From the NCBI GenBank assembly GCA_964016885.1, contig OZ024758.1:11780001-11844000 (forward strand): 64,000 bases of DNA. Reading direction: 5' to 3'. The notes below the pieces were generated by a model, which saw only the letters and a list, made by a program, of their open reading frames with translations, was not told the DNA's origin and did no database searches. Source of the stretch: Eledone cirrhosa. Lineage: Eukaryota. Shown piece after piece: positions 14,167 through 27,869 of the stretch; within the stretch, counting starts at the first letter, position 1; every line of letters begins with the position of its first letter. Both the position numbers and the translations under genes were made by a program.

Positions 14167-14345
14167 AATTGTTTCTACTTTAGGGACAAGGCCAGCAAAT
14201 TACCCAGTGCATTACTGGTACTTTATTTTATCGACCCCGTAAGGATGAAAGACAAAATCAACTTCGGCGGGATTTGAACTCAGATCGTAAAGGGACGTAA
14301 CTATGCTGGAAAGCATGGCGTCCGACCCTCTACCGATACTGCCAA
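14167..14345 (-). mobile_element. tRNA-derived SINE (dominant family, octopod OR-like)
   Basis: On the minus strand: A-box tggcagtatcgg, B-box gagttcaaatcc, core tttcatccttacggggtcgataaaataaagtaccag, and an AAT-rich tail. Confidence 0.85.
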
Positions 14346-14377
14346 CTAATTAATAATTATTAATAATGGTATATCAT

Positions 14378-14598
14378 GCAATAGCCATACTAGATAGCGA
14401 GGGTCAGCCATCATGTATGTATGTATGTATGTATGTATTTTTTATTTTTTTTATTTTATTTTTATTTATTTATTATTATTATTTTTATTTTTTTCTTTCT
14501 CCTCGTGCAATCGCCATACTCGATAACGAGGGGGCAGCCATCATCATGTATGTATGTATGTATGTATGTATGTATGTATGTATGTATGTATGTATGTA
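14378..14598 (+). mobile_element. Two very short RTE-type 3' ends, each followed by (ATGT)n
   Basis: gccatactagatagcgagggtcagccatc and gccatactcgataacgagggggcagccatc resemble the 3' end of the element at 42176 (gccgtactcgaaaacgagttggcagccacc). Confidence 0.55.
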
Positions 14599-14602
14599 TA
14601 TA

Positions 14603-14862
14603 TATTGTTATACTTTGGGAGGGTCATGTTGCCAATAAGAAACACACGCACCAGTTGCTTTCACTTCAATTTATTATAATAAATTTATAATAAATTTATA
14701 AATTTATAAATTTCTGGTTGGTTGGTTCCACAACCAGATAGTTGTTTATATATACAGTCATAGTTCTTCGTCACACACTCTGTGACCTCTTCAGTGACTG
14801 GGGATTCCTTTCTTTGTTTCTGTGCCTCTCCTTTGTTCTGTCCTACGCCATTTTGTTTCTGT
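14603..14862 (-). mobile_element. HHR element, family B (single arm, no tail)
   Basis: Homologous to 17669 and 57160. The HHR at 14755-14800 reads cagtca-CTGAAGA-ggtcacagagtgtgtgac-GAAg-aaCTA-tgactg, with a mutated core. Confidence 0.75.
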
Positions 14863-15249
14863 ATATATATATATATATAACGCTATATAATAATTCTGGA
14901 TATATATATATAACGCTATATAATAATTCTATGGATTGGGCACGTACGTAGATGCATTCATTAATATATTCTCGGTGAGTTTCTGTGTTTGGTCTGTAAT
15001 TATAGTCAATGTCCATAGTTGTCTCTCAGATGAATATTACTTTGTTTATTACCCAATAATTCAGGAGATAGTCATGTAAATACTTTCCACAGAACAAACT
15101 TAATATTAACAACAAAGAATATATGATGCCATTATGTGAGTGAGCCCTATGTGATCAACGAATCTGCACGGAACATAACTAAACATTCATTCAATAGTAT
15201 GCTAACGAATACAGAAAATGTAAGGTCATATGGCAATGCCTTCTTACGA

Positions 15250-15481
15250 TGCCTTGAGCCCAAAGGCTCAGCAAGCCGGTACTTCCCTCTGGACAGGACG
15301 CCAGTTCATCGCAGGTTAACACCTCTAGACTATTGTTGCTAGTATCTATTTTCATCTGAATATACGTGTAATGAAGAGTTTTGCTCAAGGACATAACACA
15401 ACCCAACAACCCAGTCCAGGAATTGAATCGAACCGATGACATTCTGATTATAATTCCAGCACCTTTACCAGTAGGCTACAC
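15250..15481 (-). mobile_element. Old tRNA-derived SINE with Nin-like central domain
   Basis: The minus strand has a tRNA head, then gtgttatgtccttgagcaaaactctt, then aacctgcgatgaactggcgtcctgtccagagg. Confidence 0.6.
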
Positions 15482-16057
15482 ATTATGAAGCAACTGATTT
15501 TCATTTTGAAGCCACAATAATGTTTCCATCCCTGTGTACATCAAGTTTTAATCAGACTTTTAATATAATTCACTAAGCCATTGATATATCAAATTCTAAT
15601 TTCTATTCTAATCATATGAGCCAGTCTTCTCTGATGAAAAATCAAACCAATATGTTATCAGGTTTTAGCCACATATGTCAATTAGCATTTCATGTCACTC
15701 ATTATCGATTATTTATTGCAAAATCAGCGTAAGTTTATGTTTTTATTTCTTTCTCTACTGAAACTTAGCAATTAAATCGCTATTAATACGAAATATCCAG
15801 AAATATCAGGAAATTAAACTTCAATAATATTTTCTAAAATATCAGAATATTTTCTCATTGACGCTCGGACGTGAAATATTGCTCTGTTTCAGATATTTTT
15901 TAATGTATGTGATTGAAACGATAATCATAATCCTTATAGAAGATGAATATTTAATTAATGGAATAAAAACAACTATAATAATAATAACAACAACAACATT
16001 ATTACCACCCATCAGAAACATCACCATCAGAGACAACAACAACACTAAATCCAAAGA

Positions 16058-16208
16058 CGATTTATTAAGAAAAATACCAGTTTTATACCAACAAAGATGA
16101 TTTATTAAAAAATATACCAGTTTTATACTTACAAAGATGATTTATTAAGAAATATATCAGTTATATTCCAACAAAGAAGATTTATTTTAAATTAAACCAG
16201 TTTTATAC
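16058..16208. repeat. 40-bp minisatellite, about 4 copies
   Basis: Units of gatttattaagaaaaataccagttttataccaacaaagat. Confidence 0.85.
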
Positions 16209-16954
16209 GATACTGACAGATGGTAATAGATGAGTTGTAATCCCCTGTGTAGTTTATCATTTTGCTCTCCGAAGCCAGGCCATTAGACGACTAATTAATT
16301 TCAACTTTTCTCAGCTTACATCTTAACAAGCTAGTTAAACCAGTGAGAAGCATTGATTCTAAATTCTAAATGAATATAATCCTATGATTTCAAATCTTTA
16401 ATGACGTATCCAGCTGTCAACATATCTCACGACTAAAGAAAATCATATTCAATTTATTTTATGTCTTCCTGTTTGTGTTAAACTGCGTCAAACTTGATCG
16501 AGTAGGTTTATGACAAAACAGCAAGGACAATCTTATATATTTAATATTCACGATTGACTTATCTATTGCGTTCTTTTGTTGTGTTTTTGTTAAAGTGAGA
16601 ATGTACAATTTATGCTAGCTTTTAATGCTATTTTTCGCAAGAGAAAAGAACAAATAGATGCTCTCTTGGTAGTCCGTATCAATATATTTTCTTCTGTACA
16701 GCCAAATATAACAGAGCTGTATGTTAATGTACGCATTAAACCGTAACGGCTGGTATTCAGACGTTACGGTTTATTGCACACATTAATATACAGATTGTCG
16801 TTGCCATTTTTCCAACCCAGCGGAGCCCATCACCTCTCCAAATTTAAATAGAGCCGATCAAAGACAGAAAGCTAGAAAGAGGAAGTGGCGAAGAGAGAAA
16901 CAGCGCCTCTGTGATTTAGTACATCCCGAAATAATCGTTAATTAATTCAAATAG

Positions 16955-16992
16955 AGCGTATTTCATTAGAAATACGGTCATGAAAGGGTTAA
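16955..16992. mobile_element. piggyBac-like terminus (isolated)
   Basis: agaaatacggtcatgaaaGGG-TTAA gives a CCC terminus with a TTAA site on the minus strand. No partner end was found. Confidence 0.35.
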
Positions 16993-17668
16993 AGAATGCA
17001 TGAAATAGCTGAAGAACTTAGGCATCTTGGCTAGAATATTTTTACTGAGAAACATACTCGAAATATTTATTTCAAAATAAATGTTACTTTGCTTTTGTTA
17101 TTTGTTGGTAAGACTAAAGAGCACGTCTCAAATAGATCTCCTTGTACGCGTAGCTAATGAAGTAGGAGCGCATCTAAAGTTGATGAAAGTCATTTGTTTT
17201 CAACAATTTAGAATAGACGGATGAAACTTTAAATGCATTATAATATAGAAAAGAGCAACACTACAATCAAACTGAAAGCTCTTATGAAAGTCGAAGAAAA
17301 CGGTATGAAGTTATATAAGCGGAGAGAGAAAAATTAAGTTTATACTTTGTGTAACGAGAGGTAAAATCTAAAACAGCCAGTCTGTTAAAATCGATTTATT
17401 TCTCGTCAAATGAGATACACATTTATTTATTTTGAAGTGATTTATTTTCTTACCTCACTCTTTTTATATTTAATTCCCCGTGATAGGAAACAGACAGTAA
17501 TTGCCTTATACAACTTCCCTCGTTTTTAAGATTTGTTGTAGAGCAACGGTGAAAGTAATATACAATGGAAAAACAGTCAGATACATTATTTTTCTCTACT
17601 CAATCGGAGAAATGTCTAACATAAAACAACCAAGATACCACCAACACGTGTACAATATATATATATAT

Positions 17669-18558
17669 ATTGTTATGCTTTGGGAGGGTCATGTTGCCAA
17701 TAAGAAACACACGCAGCAGATGCTTTCACTTCAATTAATTATAAATTAAATTTATAAATTTAAGAATTTATAAATTTCCAGTTGGTTGGTTCTACAATCG
17801 GGCGGTTGTGCATATATTGTCAAAATTCTTTCGTCACACATTCTGTGACCTCTTCAGTGACTGGGGATTCTTTTCTTTGTTTTTGTGCCTCTCCTTTGTT
17901 CTGTCCTACGCCATCTTGTTTTTGTGTGTGTTGTGTGCTTAGTTTGTGCATATGTTTTATCCGGGTGTCTGTGTGTTTATATTTGTATGTTACTGGTTGG
18001 TTGTTTGTTCTATGTGTGTGTGTGTGTTTTCATTTTGTCCTTAATTGTAATTGTGATGTTGCTATTCCATTCATGATTTCTATTTAATTTTGGTTGGAGT
18101 TCATTTATGTTTATTGCCTCTGTGATTTGTCTAAACATTGCGTCTTTTCACACATAGAACAAACAACCAGCCAGTAACATGTAAATAAACAAATAAATAA
18201 ACAAATATAAACACACAGACACCCGGGTGAAACACATGCGCAAAAACAAGATGGCGTAGACTAGAACAAAGGAGAGGCACACAAACAAAGAAAATAATCC
18301 CCAGTCACTGAAGAGGTCACAGAATGTGTGACGAAAGAAGTTTGACAATATATGAACATCCGTCCGGTTGTGGAACCAACCAACCGACCGGAAATTTATA
18401 AATTCTTAAATTTATAAATTTAATTTATAATAAATTGGAGTGAAAACAACTGGTGCGTGTGTTTCTTATGGGCAACATGACCCTCCCAAAGTATAACAAT
18501 ATCGGTTTCAACACACGTTTTCAGATAAAGAATCTTGCTAAACAAATTCAGAAACGAA

Positions 18559-18559
<1 letters not shown>
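17669..18559 (+). mobile_element. HHR-bearing fold-back element, family B
   Basis: Inverted arm about 17669-18018, sense arm 18149-18500, and a tail of about 58 nt ending cagaaacgaaa(TA)n. HHR motifs lie at 17819-17862(-) and 18302-18346(+). Confidence 0.8.
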
Positions 18560-18590
<31 letters not shown>

Positions 18591-18661
18591 TTTCTCTCTC
18601 TCTATATATATATATAGTGACGAAACATAAGTCAAATGTATGAACTCATAATCCTTTATGT

Positions 18662-18717
18662 ACTGCTATATATATTTCGATGATAGCCATTGAATGGCTA
18701 TGACCTCATCAGGCAGT
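18662..18717 (-). ncRNA. Minimal type I hammerhead ribozyme in a 160-bp TA-flanked insert (18617-18778)
   Basis: Reads ACTGC-CTGATGA-ggtcATAGCCA-ttcaa-TGGCTATcatc-GAAA-TATATA-TA-GCAGT. Stem I is 5 bp and stem III is a short palindrome. Confidence 0.75.
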
Positions 18718-18775
18718 TAGTCAGTTCTTAGATATGCCAGCTCTGTGTTTATGGTGTTAATGGTATCAGAGCCTT

Positions 18776-18819
<44 letters not shown>

Positions 18820-21800
18820 TTAGTTTTCGCGCCCGTATATGTGCAATGCCATTAAAGCCAGACGGTCATAGAAGACTGTTTAAAATGTGCAGTTAAAAGT
18901 ATTCTCCTTCTACAATGATGGTAGTTAAACTAAGACTAGATGACGGGCATTGTATCATTTTCCTGTTATAGATACACAATATATATTTGCTACTCTAACG
19001 CAGCCTATTTGAGTTGAAAGTAAAATACACTTATCTCTGTGTTATATCTCTTTGGTGCATTGGTTTATCTTCATAAATATCAGAGAAAAAAAACAAAAGA
19101 ACCTCAGGTTTTCACACAAGGAACCTCACAACTTATACACAACTTACACACAACTTGAAAACTCTTCTCGTTTATGTTTTCTAAATCCAGAGATTTAGGT
19201 ATTCTTTATTAGAAACCAGCTCCGTACTTACAGGAAATGTTAAAGTATTTATCGAAACAGCAACATATACATATATGGATATATACGCAGTACATTTGTT
19301 GCTCTTTGGGATTTAGTTTTTAATTAGAGAAGTAAATCAAAATGCCGTTAGCCATTTGGAACGTTTTTTTTCTTTGTGAGATATAAATTGAATATCAAGA
19401 TCAAATGCTGTTAGGTAATTATAGATTACAAAACAGTTTTAGATTTATATATTGGTTGTTTTATTGTTGAGCAATCAATAATGTATGTATTATAAAAATA
19501 GATTGTGTTGATTCAGCAATTTCAATTATATTCGAACCTTTTAACAATTGGATACGGGAAATATTGTGATAGCCGATAATGAACTTGTGTTTATATATTC
19601 TAATCATACGTAAAATGATCAGAAAGTTCTAGCTGTGATAGTTTCAGATATATTACATACGAGCCAAACGTCAAGCGCCAAGTGTGGCAGCCTATACATG
19701 GTTACTCGGCATGCTAGAAATGGCAGCATAATCCCCATCAAATTACATATTAATGTGTTAAAAACAGAAGGCCACAGTGAATCCTCTAGGCTTTTGCGAT
19801 CGCCGTGTGGGATTTCAAGGGGATCTGAGTGCTATTTCTTGTTGGGCAAGCGATTACATAGAGACTATAGTTCTCCAGTAGCTCCTCAATTGTGAATGTA
19901 TTAAATGGAAGTCGAATATGTTCGATGTCTCCAGCTATGTAATTGTCGTTTAGTGACATTTCAACCGTGTTTATTCTTAATATAATATTTATTAGATTTG
20001 AAAATATGTCTATATTCACCGTGCACCATATTTCAAACTTTCGTCCTTTTTTCGCTTGACAATTTTTGATAGCTGTTTCTATTTCGTTGTTTTTGTGCAA
20101 TACTACATACAACTAGAGGACAATGTTTCACTGCTCCTAAAATGTGATTTACAGACAGTATTGTCTCCACTGTGATTACGTATACTTATTAAATACTTAC
20201 TTGTGAATGTAGTACAGTAGATATACAAAATGATAATGTTAGTGGGTTAGGGAAGAAGTGATGATTTGCATCGACAAAATTGCTTTTATTTCAAAAGTAA
20301 AAGATTTCTTCTAATTCCGTATACCTTTTGAAGAACATTTTCTAGACATTTCGAACCGAAGAATTCAAGTTAGTGCTATAAAGGTTTACATAAAAACGTT
20401 GCTGATCTCTGTACATTATTGAAACAAATATTACTTCAGTGATCAATTGTACGAAGCCCTGTATAGTGTTCTCCACAGCATACTGGATTAACATACAGCT
20501 CAACATATCAATATATAGCTCCACTCCATTAAGCACGTTTCGGTTTGGTGTGTTTACAAATATAGCCGAGCATCACGCACTAGAGAGCAGATACGAAACT
20601 AATAAGTATGACCTTGTCCCAGGGACCTAAAAACTTAGGTTTTGTTCCTCTTTTTTTTTAAATACCTCCTCACAATATATGTATATACTGTACGTTTATT
20701 TTTTTTAACTTACTGGAATATATCGATGTTTTTTGTATATATATATATATAATATATATATATATATATAGTGAGTGTGTCGTGTGTGAATAAATACACA
20801 GGAATGTTAATGTGTGTTCAGGAAACATACACACACACATATATATATATATCCATATGCATGTGTGTGATTGTGTGCGTATTGGACAGAATGTATGTAC
20901 GTACATACCAGAGCGTTTACAGAAATTGTGAAGAATCTAATATATATATGTATATGAATGTATTATAAAATGTAAACAGTCCAACTCAGTATTTAATCCT
21001 CGTAGGATTTGATAAAACAATACTAGTCAAATACTGTAATCAATATAATCAAAGATACATTCTTTTTACTATATTGGTTTTTATTTGAAGTTAAAAATCA
21101 ATAATTTAGTATAAAATCGTTGTTTAGTAATTACTCGTTTGGTATTAATCTGTTATTAAACATATATTCCGTTATCCTTTTCTCTTTCGTTTCATAAACA
21201 TTATTGTCTGTTACTGACTGTTCCGTTCGAATGAATATATTTTGAATAGGCACACGTTTATAGTTCTGTTATTCTATAGTATTTAGAATAAAACTACGCT
21301 TATCACTTATAGTTTCCGGTTGAATAGAGATATTGTTTATATCAAAGAGGCTTGTTTGTAGTCATTCTTTGTACGACTTCGTGAATATTATAGCAACTTG
21401 CATATAATACAAATACTACAAAATGACTAAGCTCATACTAAGCAATTTAGAGTGTTAAAAGACAAAACCAAAATGCAGAATTTCTGTACAAATATTCTTC
21501 AGAATTCCTTCAATATTTACTGAATTCTTTATTGAGAGAATTCTTTATTGTCTTGGTTTTCTTCTTCTTGGTGATGGCTCTGTGCACATTTTGTGTCACT
21601 CTATATACATTTTCTAACAGATCAACCTTCAAGTTCAGAACATGGCAGATACATCGCCCCGGAAAGGACAGCATCGCCACTGAAAGGAAAAACAAGACCC
21701 TAATGTGAGCTACAGCATCAGATTTGAGATGTGAAACACTACTATATGTGTAGCCTTTTCAATCAGGTCCAGGAGAAATTCCTTTACGGACTTCCTTGGA

Positions 21801-22282
21801 AGAGAGAAAATTGTGTTTTGACTTGTAATATCTCTGCATACTTCTCGATTAAGCAGTGTTGTAGTCTTACAGTGGATACTATCTGATAGTTGTCTAATTG
21901 TACAAAACCTTATAATGGTAGGTGTAGTAATCTTTATACATCCGATTGTATATGGTGAAATCACATTCAGGCAATAATTTCCTTGTTATTCCAAGTCGGT
22001 ACATTATTATAAAGCCATGTAAAGCTCAATATTACCTTATGTACATTCAGTTCTAGCTTAATTACTAATTTAAAGCTTTTCCAGTATACCTAATCTTATC
22101 TTTCGTTTATGTGTACACTGTCTAGTTCATTGGTTAATAATAGTTGTATGTCTATAGTTGGCTCAAGTCTCTTATCACAGTTTTGTTTATATATTGCGTA
22201 GCCGGATAATTGTAATTTTAGTTAGTGTTCGGCTCTTCAAGGTTGCCTCGGCGCATTTTGCTTATTAAAATTAAATATCTAT

Positions 22283-22365
22283 AATAATTGTTTCTACTTT
22301 TGGCAAGAGGCCAGCAATTACCCCCCCCCCCCCCCCAGTATGTTACTAGTGCTTTATTTTATCGA
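22283..22365 (-). mobile_element. SINE 3' fragment (dominant family)
   Basis: aataattgtttctacttttggc...ctttattttatcgac. Confidence 0.7.
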
Positions 22366-22512
22366 CAAAATACAACGAAACATATACATACTATAAATTT
22401 GCTTACCTACATACATTCATACATACAGACACACACACATATATATATGCATATGATTATAGACACACATACATATATAGAGAGAGACACACATATATAT
22501 GTATAAATAACA

Positions 22513-22590
<78 letters not shown>

Positions 22591-23599
22591 CGTGTGTGTG
22601 TGCGTATGTGTGTAGAAACACACACAAATATATACATATCTCATCCAGTGATCATAAGTAAACATATGAGACAATACAACATCAGGTTACGATAGTCAAA
22701 CACATATAACAATGATGATGTTAGTGGAACTTTTGCGTTATGCATGACTATAGTTAGAAACAAATTAAATTAATTTTTTAAATACGTACATTGCTTGAAT
22801 ATACTATTCTCTATTTCTATCTTATGTCTTCCTGCTGACGAGGGTGAATTTAGTGACCTCAGGCTTGTGATTCTCTTGTGCGTGCAACGAATGTACTCTC
22901 CGGCAGAGTTTTATTTATTTGCGCAATGAAAAAGCACAGCGTCGAAAGTAAAGTGATCAATTATGCGCGTGATAAGAATATATTTAAGTTGATTTAAGCA
23001 ACAGTGTTTCCATATCTAAAGAAATGTGACCTTCTGTGACTGGAATAAATCAATATTTCGTTTTAGTAATATCCTTAATTTGACACAGGGAGGTAATTAC
23101 GACATGAGTAATTAACATAACTAGTAACTCTTTCGATCAATCACGCTCGAGAAATATGATTAAGTCAATTAGAAGGAAATGAAAATACTCAGAAAGCAAA
23201 GTGAGTAGTTTTGAATAAATTGTAATGAAGTACAATTAATCATTTTCCTAATTCACCCAATTCAAATTAACAAGATTACTACAATTAAAGAAACTGAACG
23301 ATGCAGATATCGAACATAAATATCATGCCCTCTTCTCTCCCTTCACTGTTCTCTTCTTCTTTCCCTTCTTCTCAATTCCTCTCTCTTTTAAGTTTTTCTG
23401 AACATGTTTTACATTTTCTTTTCTGCAGAAAGAAGTTGTAAATTTCAGTAATAAAATAGCATCTATTAAACAAAAAGCTGGGTAGTTTGTTGTTTCAAAA
23501 ACTTTATGTTCACCATATATATATATATAAAGGATCGATCGACCGAGGAAACAATGTTTTCGTCGGTCTTTCCAGTTGCTAATACTATATATCGGTCGC

Positions 23600-23731
23600 A
23601 ACTCCAGGTAGAAGGAGCAACGTGAAATAAAGTGTCTTGCTCAAGGACATAACGCATCGCCCGGTCCAGGAATCGAGCTCACAATCTCAAGATTGTGAAT
23701 CCAATTCTCTGACCACTCAGCCACACGCCTT
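23600..23731 (-). mobile_element. tRNA-derived SINE 5' half (second family)
   Basis: Minus strand reads ggcgtgtggctgagtggtcagag...gagctcgattcctggaccgggcgatgcgttatgtccttgagcaagacactttatttcacgttgctcc. Confidence 0.75.
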
Positions 23732-24102
23732 CATATCATAAATCATGTCCTTAGAATTAGATAAAATATATACCATTTCCTCTCCCAATTAGCATAATTA
23801 ACCATATAAAAAATCAATTACACCAGGCTATAAGAAGAAAGGCTCCTATGAAGAAATCTTCGACAAATAACCGAAAGCGGCCTCTTCGCGGTGACCCCCA
23901 ATAGAGTATTTATCCAACATTTCAACAGCATGTAGAAATTGACCAAATATACCGTCAACCATACACAATTAGGTGTAAATTTAAACTTAAAAGAAACGTG
24001 TACATACCGTAATTATATCTCTACCAAGTTGCTACCAAGTTGCTACATATATATCTATGACTTTATGTATATATAAATCTTTATATTTATATATATATAT
24101 TA

Positions 24103-24169
24103 GTATGGACGAAACAAGACAAGAAATCCTTCAGCAGCTGTAAACCGAGATCTCTTGTTTCGTCCATAC
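24103..24169. repeat. Small TA-adjacent fold-back
   Basis: 17-bp arms gtatggacgaaacaaga and tcttgtttcgtccatac. Confidence 0.6.
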
Positions 24170-24810
24170 ATCTTAAACTTTGTTTACAGTAACCACACAG
24201 CTCATTTCGTTTCTAATAATTATATATATATATATATAAATCTATCATTTATATATATATATATATAATTAAATATGATTAAAATGTGTATAATAAAATT
24301 ACTCATAAGAAAATATAATTTACATTATACTCATAAGAAAATATAATTTACATACATCTTAAAAGAGTTAACATTTTCGTTTCTCTCTCTCACTCTCTCT
24401 CTCTCCCTCTGTCCTCCTTGGTTTGTTCTTCGTTATTGTCTGACTATATATATTGTCTATATATATATACATATATACAGATAAATCCACCAATTAATGG
24501 TAGGGTCTAAGCCGTATGAAGAACTCAATGTAATCCGTATGTAGAAGATCTCGTGAAGCAAAGTTTAAAATGCAAAATTTCAACGATATAATTCATTGGA
24601 TACAGAGTCAAAAATACAAATAGTGAAAACAATGAAATTAAACAAAAAACGGTTAATTCATAGTAAAACTCATTATTTTACGATCGTTTCTGGGGGGGGG
24701 GGGGTAGTTGCCCGTATATCCATTCTATTATTAATCTATGTAAAATATATACAAATTATCATAGTAAGAAAATATACATACGTCTACTCTACCCGCCGCC
24801 TTCAGAAATA

Positions 24811-24902
<92 letters not shown>

Positions 24903-24954
24903 TAATAAAAACAATGAATAAAAACAAAGAAACAATTCCTTATATTAAAAAATT

Positions 24955-25038
<84 letters not shown>

Positions 25039-25530
25039 GTATATATGGATTTTGGGATAATGCTGTTTTGGTTGGTTCAATTCAAAAAGGTGGTGTTGAT
25101 ACGTTTATGAAAGCAACAGCCATATTGACTCTAGGTGTCAGCATTTGTTTCGATCCGATGAAATCCAGCGCCATCCATGTTTGTTCTCGCCGATATCCTG
25201 CTGTGAAATTGAGCCTGGTAACGTCTCTGTTCTATGCATCTTCTATCGCTAAGGGGTTAAATATTCAAATTGATGTATGTGTTAAGAGACATTTGGGATA
25301 TTTTCATAACGAAAATAGATAGTCAGTTTCGAACAGATGATTATTATAAACACACAACCTCGAAATATTACGAAATATTCACATGCTGTCATCGTAAAAA
25401 TGTATGGGAACATCTTTTTAATAAGAGGAATCGAAAACACAAAATAGCACCAAGAAAAAACGAGGATAAAGAAGGCACACTCATAGCAGATCATCATAGA
25501 AAATATTGACAGTTCATGTTCTATCAAAGA

Positions 25531-25718
25531 AATAATTGTTTCTACTTTAGGCACAAGGCCAGCAATTACCCAGTGCATTACTGGTACTTTATTTTATCGA
25601 CCCCGTAAGGATGAAAGGCAAAGTCAACCTCGGCGGGATTTGAACTCAGATCGTAAAGAGAAGTAACTATGCTGAAAAGCATGGCGTCCGACCCTCTACC
25701 GATACTGCCAATCCACCC
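25531..25718 (-). mobile_element. Full-length SINE (dominant family)
   Basis: A and B boxes, core and tail as at 14167. Confidence 0.9.
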
Positions 25719-27590
25719 AAAGGAAGAATGTTATTGCGGTGTCTTCTCTCAATCTCTTCAATAACTATACGATATATTCACCGATCATCGAGAAATATTC
25801 TCAATAATTAGTCGGCTTTATCGTAATGAATATTGGCAGTATCTTGTACGAAATTACATACTGAAAAATTAATATTTTTAATACTTCAAAATGATGCATA
25901 TTGTCACAATATATCCTTTATTTTATTCCATTCAGGCGTCTCTATATATTATTTGCAAGAATACTACTAATATTCTATTACTAGTAATTAAAATTATACT
26001 TGCTTAATAAAGCATTCGTTAAAAACACCAGATCTAGAGCTTCCCTTAATGACGTTTATTAACATAGGAAAATCGTGAGTATATATATATATATATATAA
26101 ATATACATATAAATATACATACATTATATATATATATGTATATATATATAATGACGATATATTAATGAAGCTTACTTGTTACATCTGTTATAGGGTAATA
26201 TTAATTTACTATACGCTTGTTAGAGAAATAAGTTAGAGGAGAAAAGTCTATTAAAAACGAAGATATCAAATTTCCGTTCATCGCTATCAAGTGTGCAGTT
26301 AGTGCTTATGTAAATGTCACTTTTTTACAACTGCTCTAGCATTAACTGCATCACAAAGAGTATTAATTATTTACAGAAGATATGCCTCTTTCAATGTGAC
26401 AATTTCAGCAAGTATACTTTCTGTTGATTACATTGATCCAAATAATTAGTGCTAGTTAACCGACATTATAGGAACGAGAATTCCAAGTAAAGAAAATAAA
26501 TAGTAAAATGCATTTATTTTAAAGTTTTTAAAGTTTTCTTTTTTTTATTTGGTGGAATGAGGATCCGCTCATCTAATTACCAAATGATATTCTATTTGAA
26601 TATTTGACAAAACTGGAATATTAAACAATCCACGAGACCTAGATATCTAACGAGCAGTTTGGTTTTTCGCCCCTGATTCAGTACAGTCGACCAAATATCA
26701 TAGTTTTCCAGCTTTACGAATTACGTAAACTCTTACAAATATTAACAAAATATCTACGAAATTATTTAATAAAATATTGCGATAGATCATAACTAATCAA
26801 TACATCTTCTATCGTTGCCAATCACCTTTTGTACCGGTCGCGGTCGGGATCTCAGGCGTCTTCAGACGATGGGCAGCTGATCTCCTCCGTAAAATCAGTA
26901 CAACAGCAGCTCGTCTCAGGAAGGAGCCTACGTAACCTCCGTTTAAATATAGATAATGATTATAGTTCCAGGATACACAGAAATTGGACAAACCATGGGT
27001 TATGAATTTCTCAAAACCGCATCTTCCAGGAAACCGAGATTCTTTGCAACAGAAATTAACAGAAATGGAGGATTTAATGAAAGTATTACTTATAAAATTT
27101 GACCAATAGAAATGGTGAGAAACATACACATATTATCTACAACCAAAGGCTCACGAAATAATAAACAGTGATGAAGATAATAAAGAAACTTAGCAACATA
27201 AATTCACGAAGAAATACACGCTATATCGTAACACCATCAATAGACTTTACGACTGAAGAGACTAAAAGAGGAATCAACCCAGCTGAAGATTGCATTTCAG
27301 TTAGATAAGGCCGTAAAAAACATATTTCTGTTAGAGAATAAGAAATAAAGTTTAAAAGAAAATAACATATCCTGTGTTGATCATACTTATTCTTCGTGAC
27401 ACGTCTTTGGAATATAAATAAACAACAATAGATTTCAGAAAACCTGTGCATTGTTACACGAGGATTAAACTATATATATAATCATACATACACAAACACA
27501 CACATATAGGGTGTGTGTTCATACACACACACACATATATATTTTTTCCTTTATACACATACATACACACACACTCACACATACACACAC

Positions 27591-27684
<94 letters not shown>

Positions 27685-27869
27685 TACGTACTAAGAGTGG
27701 GAGCTACCCATCGGAGCCGTTCGCAATCACTCGTTCCATTCGACAGGGATGCCCTCTCTCCTCCATTCTGTATGTATTGACTCTAGAGCCACTACTGCAG
27801 AAATTGGAGCTGTTGCAGGGCATCCCTCTAGAACCGGGACTTCGCAAAGCGGCGTCGGCTTATGCATAC

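Noticed and set aside
21620-21964. Acceptor-like ttttctaacag with short open frames, and an 84-aa minus ORF
   Set aside because: All frames stop quickly, there is no partner exon or motif, and it may be an old LINE remnant.
22833-22960. CTGACGAG motif
   Set aside because: I found no suitably placed GAAA-NUH with pairing stems.
26809-27460. Moderately GC-rich, coding-looking stretch
   Set aside because: Plus frames are interrupted by stops and I recognise no domain. It is probably a decayed TE.
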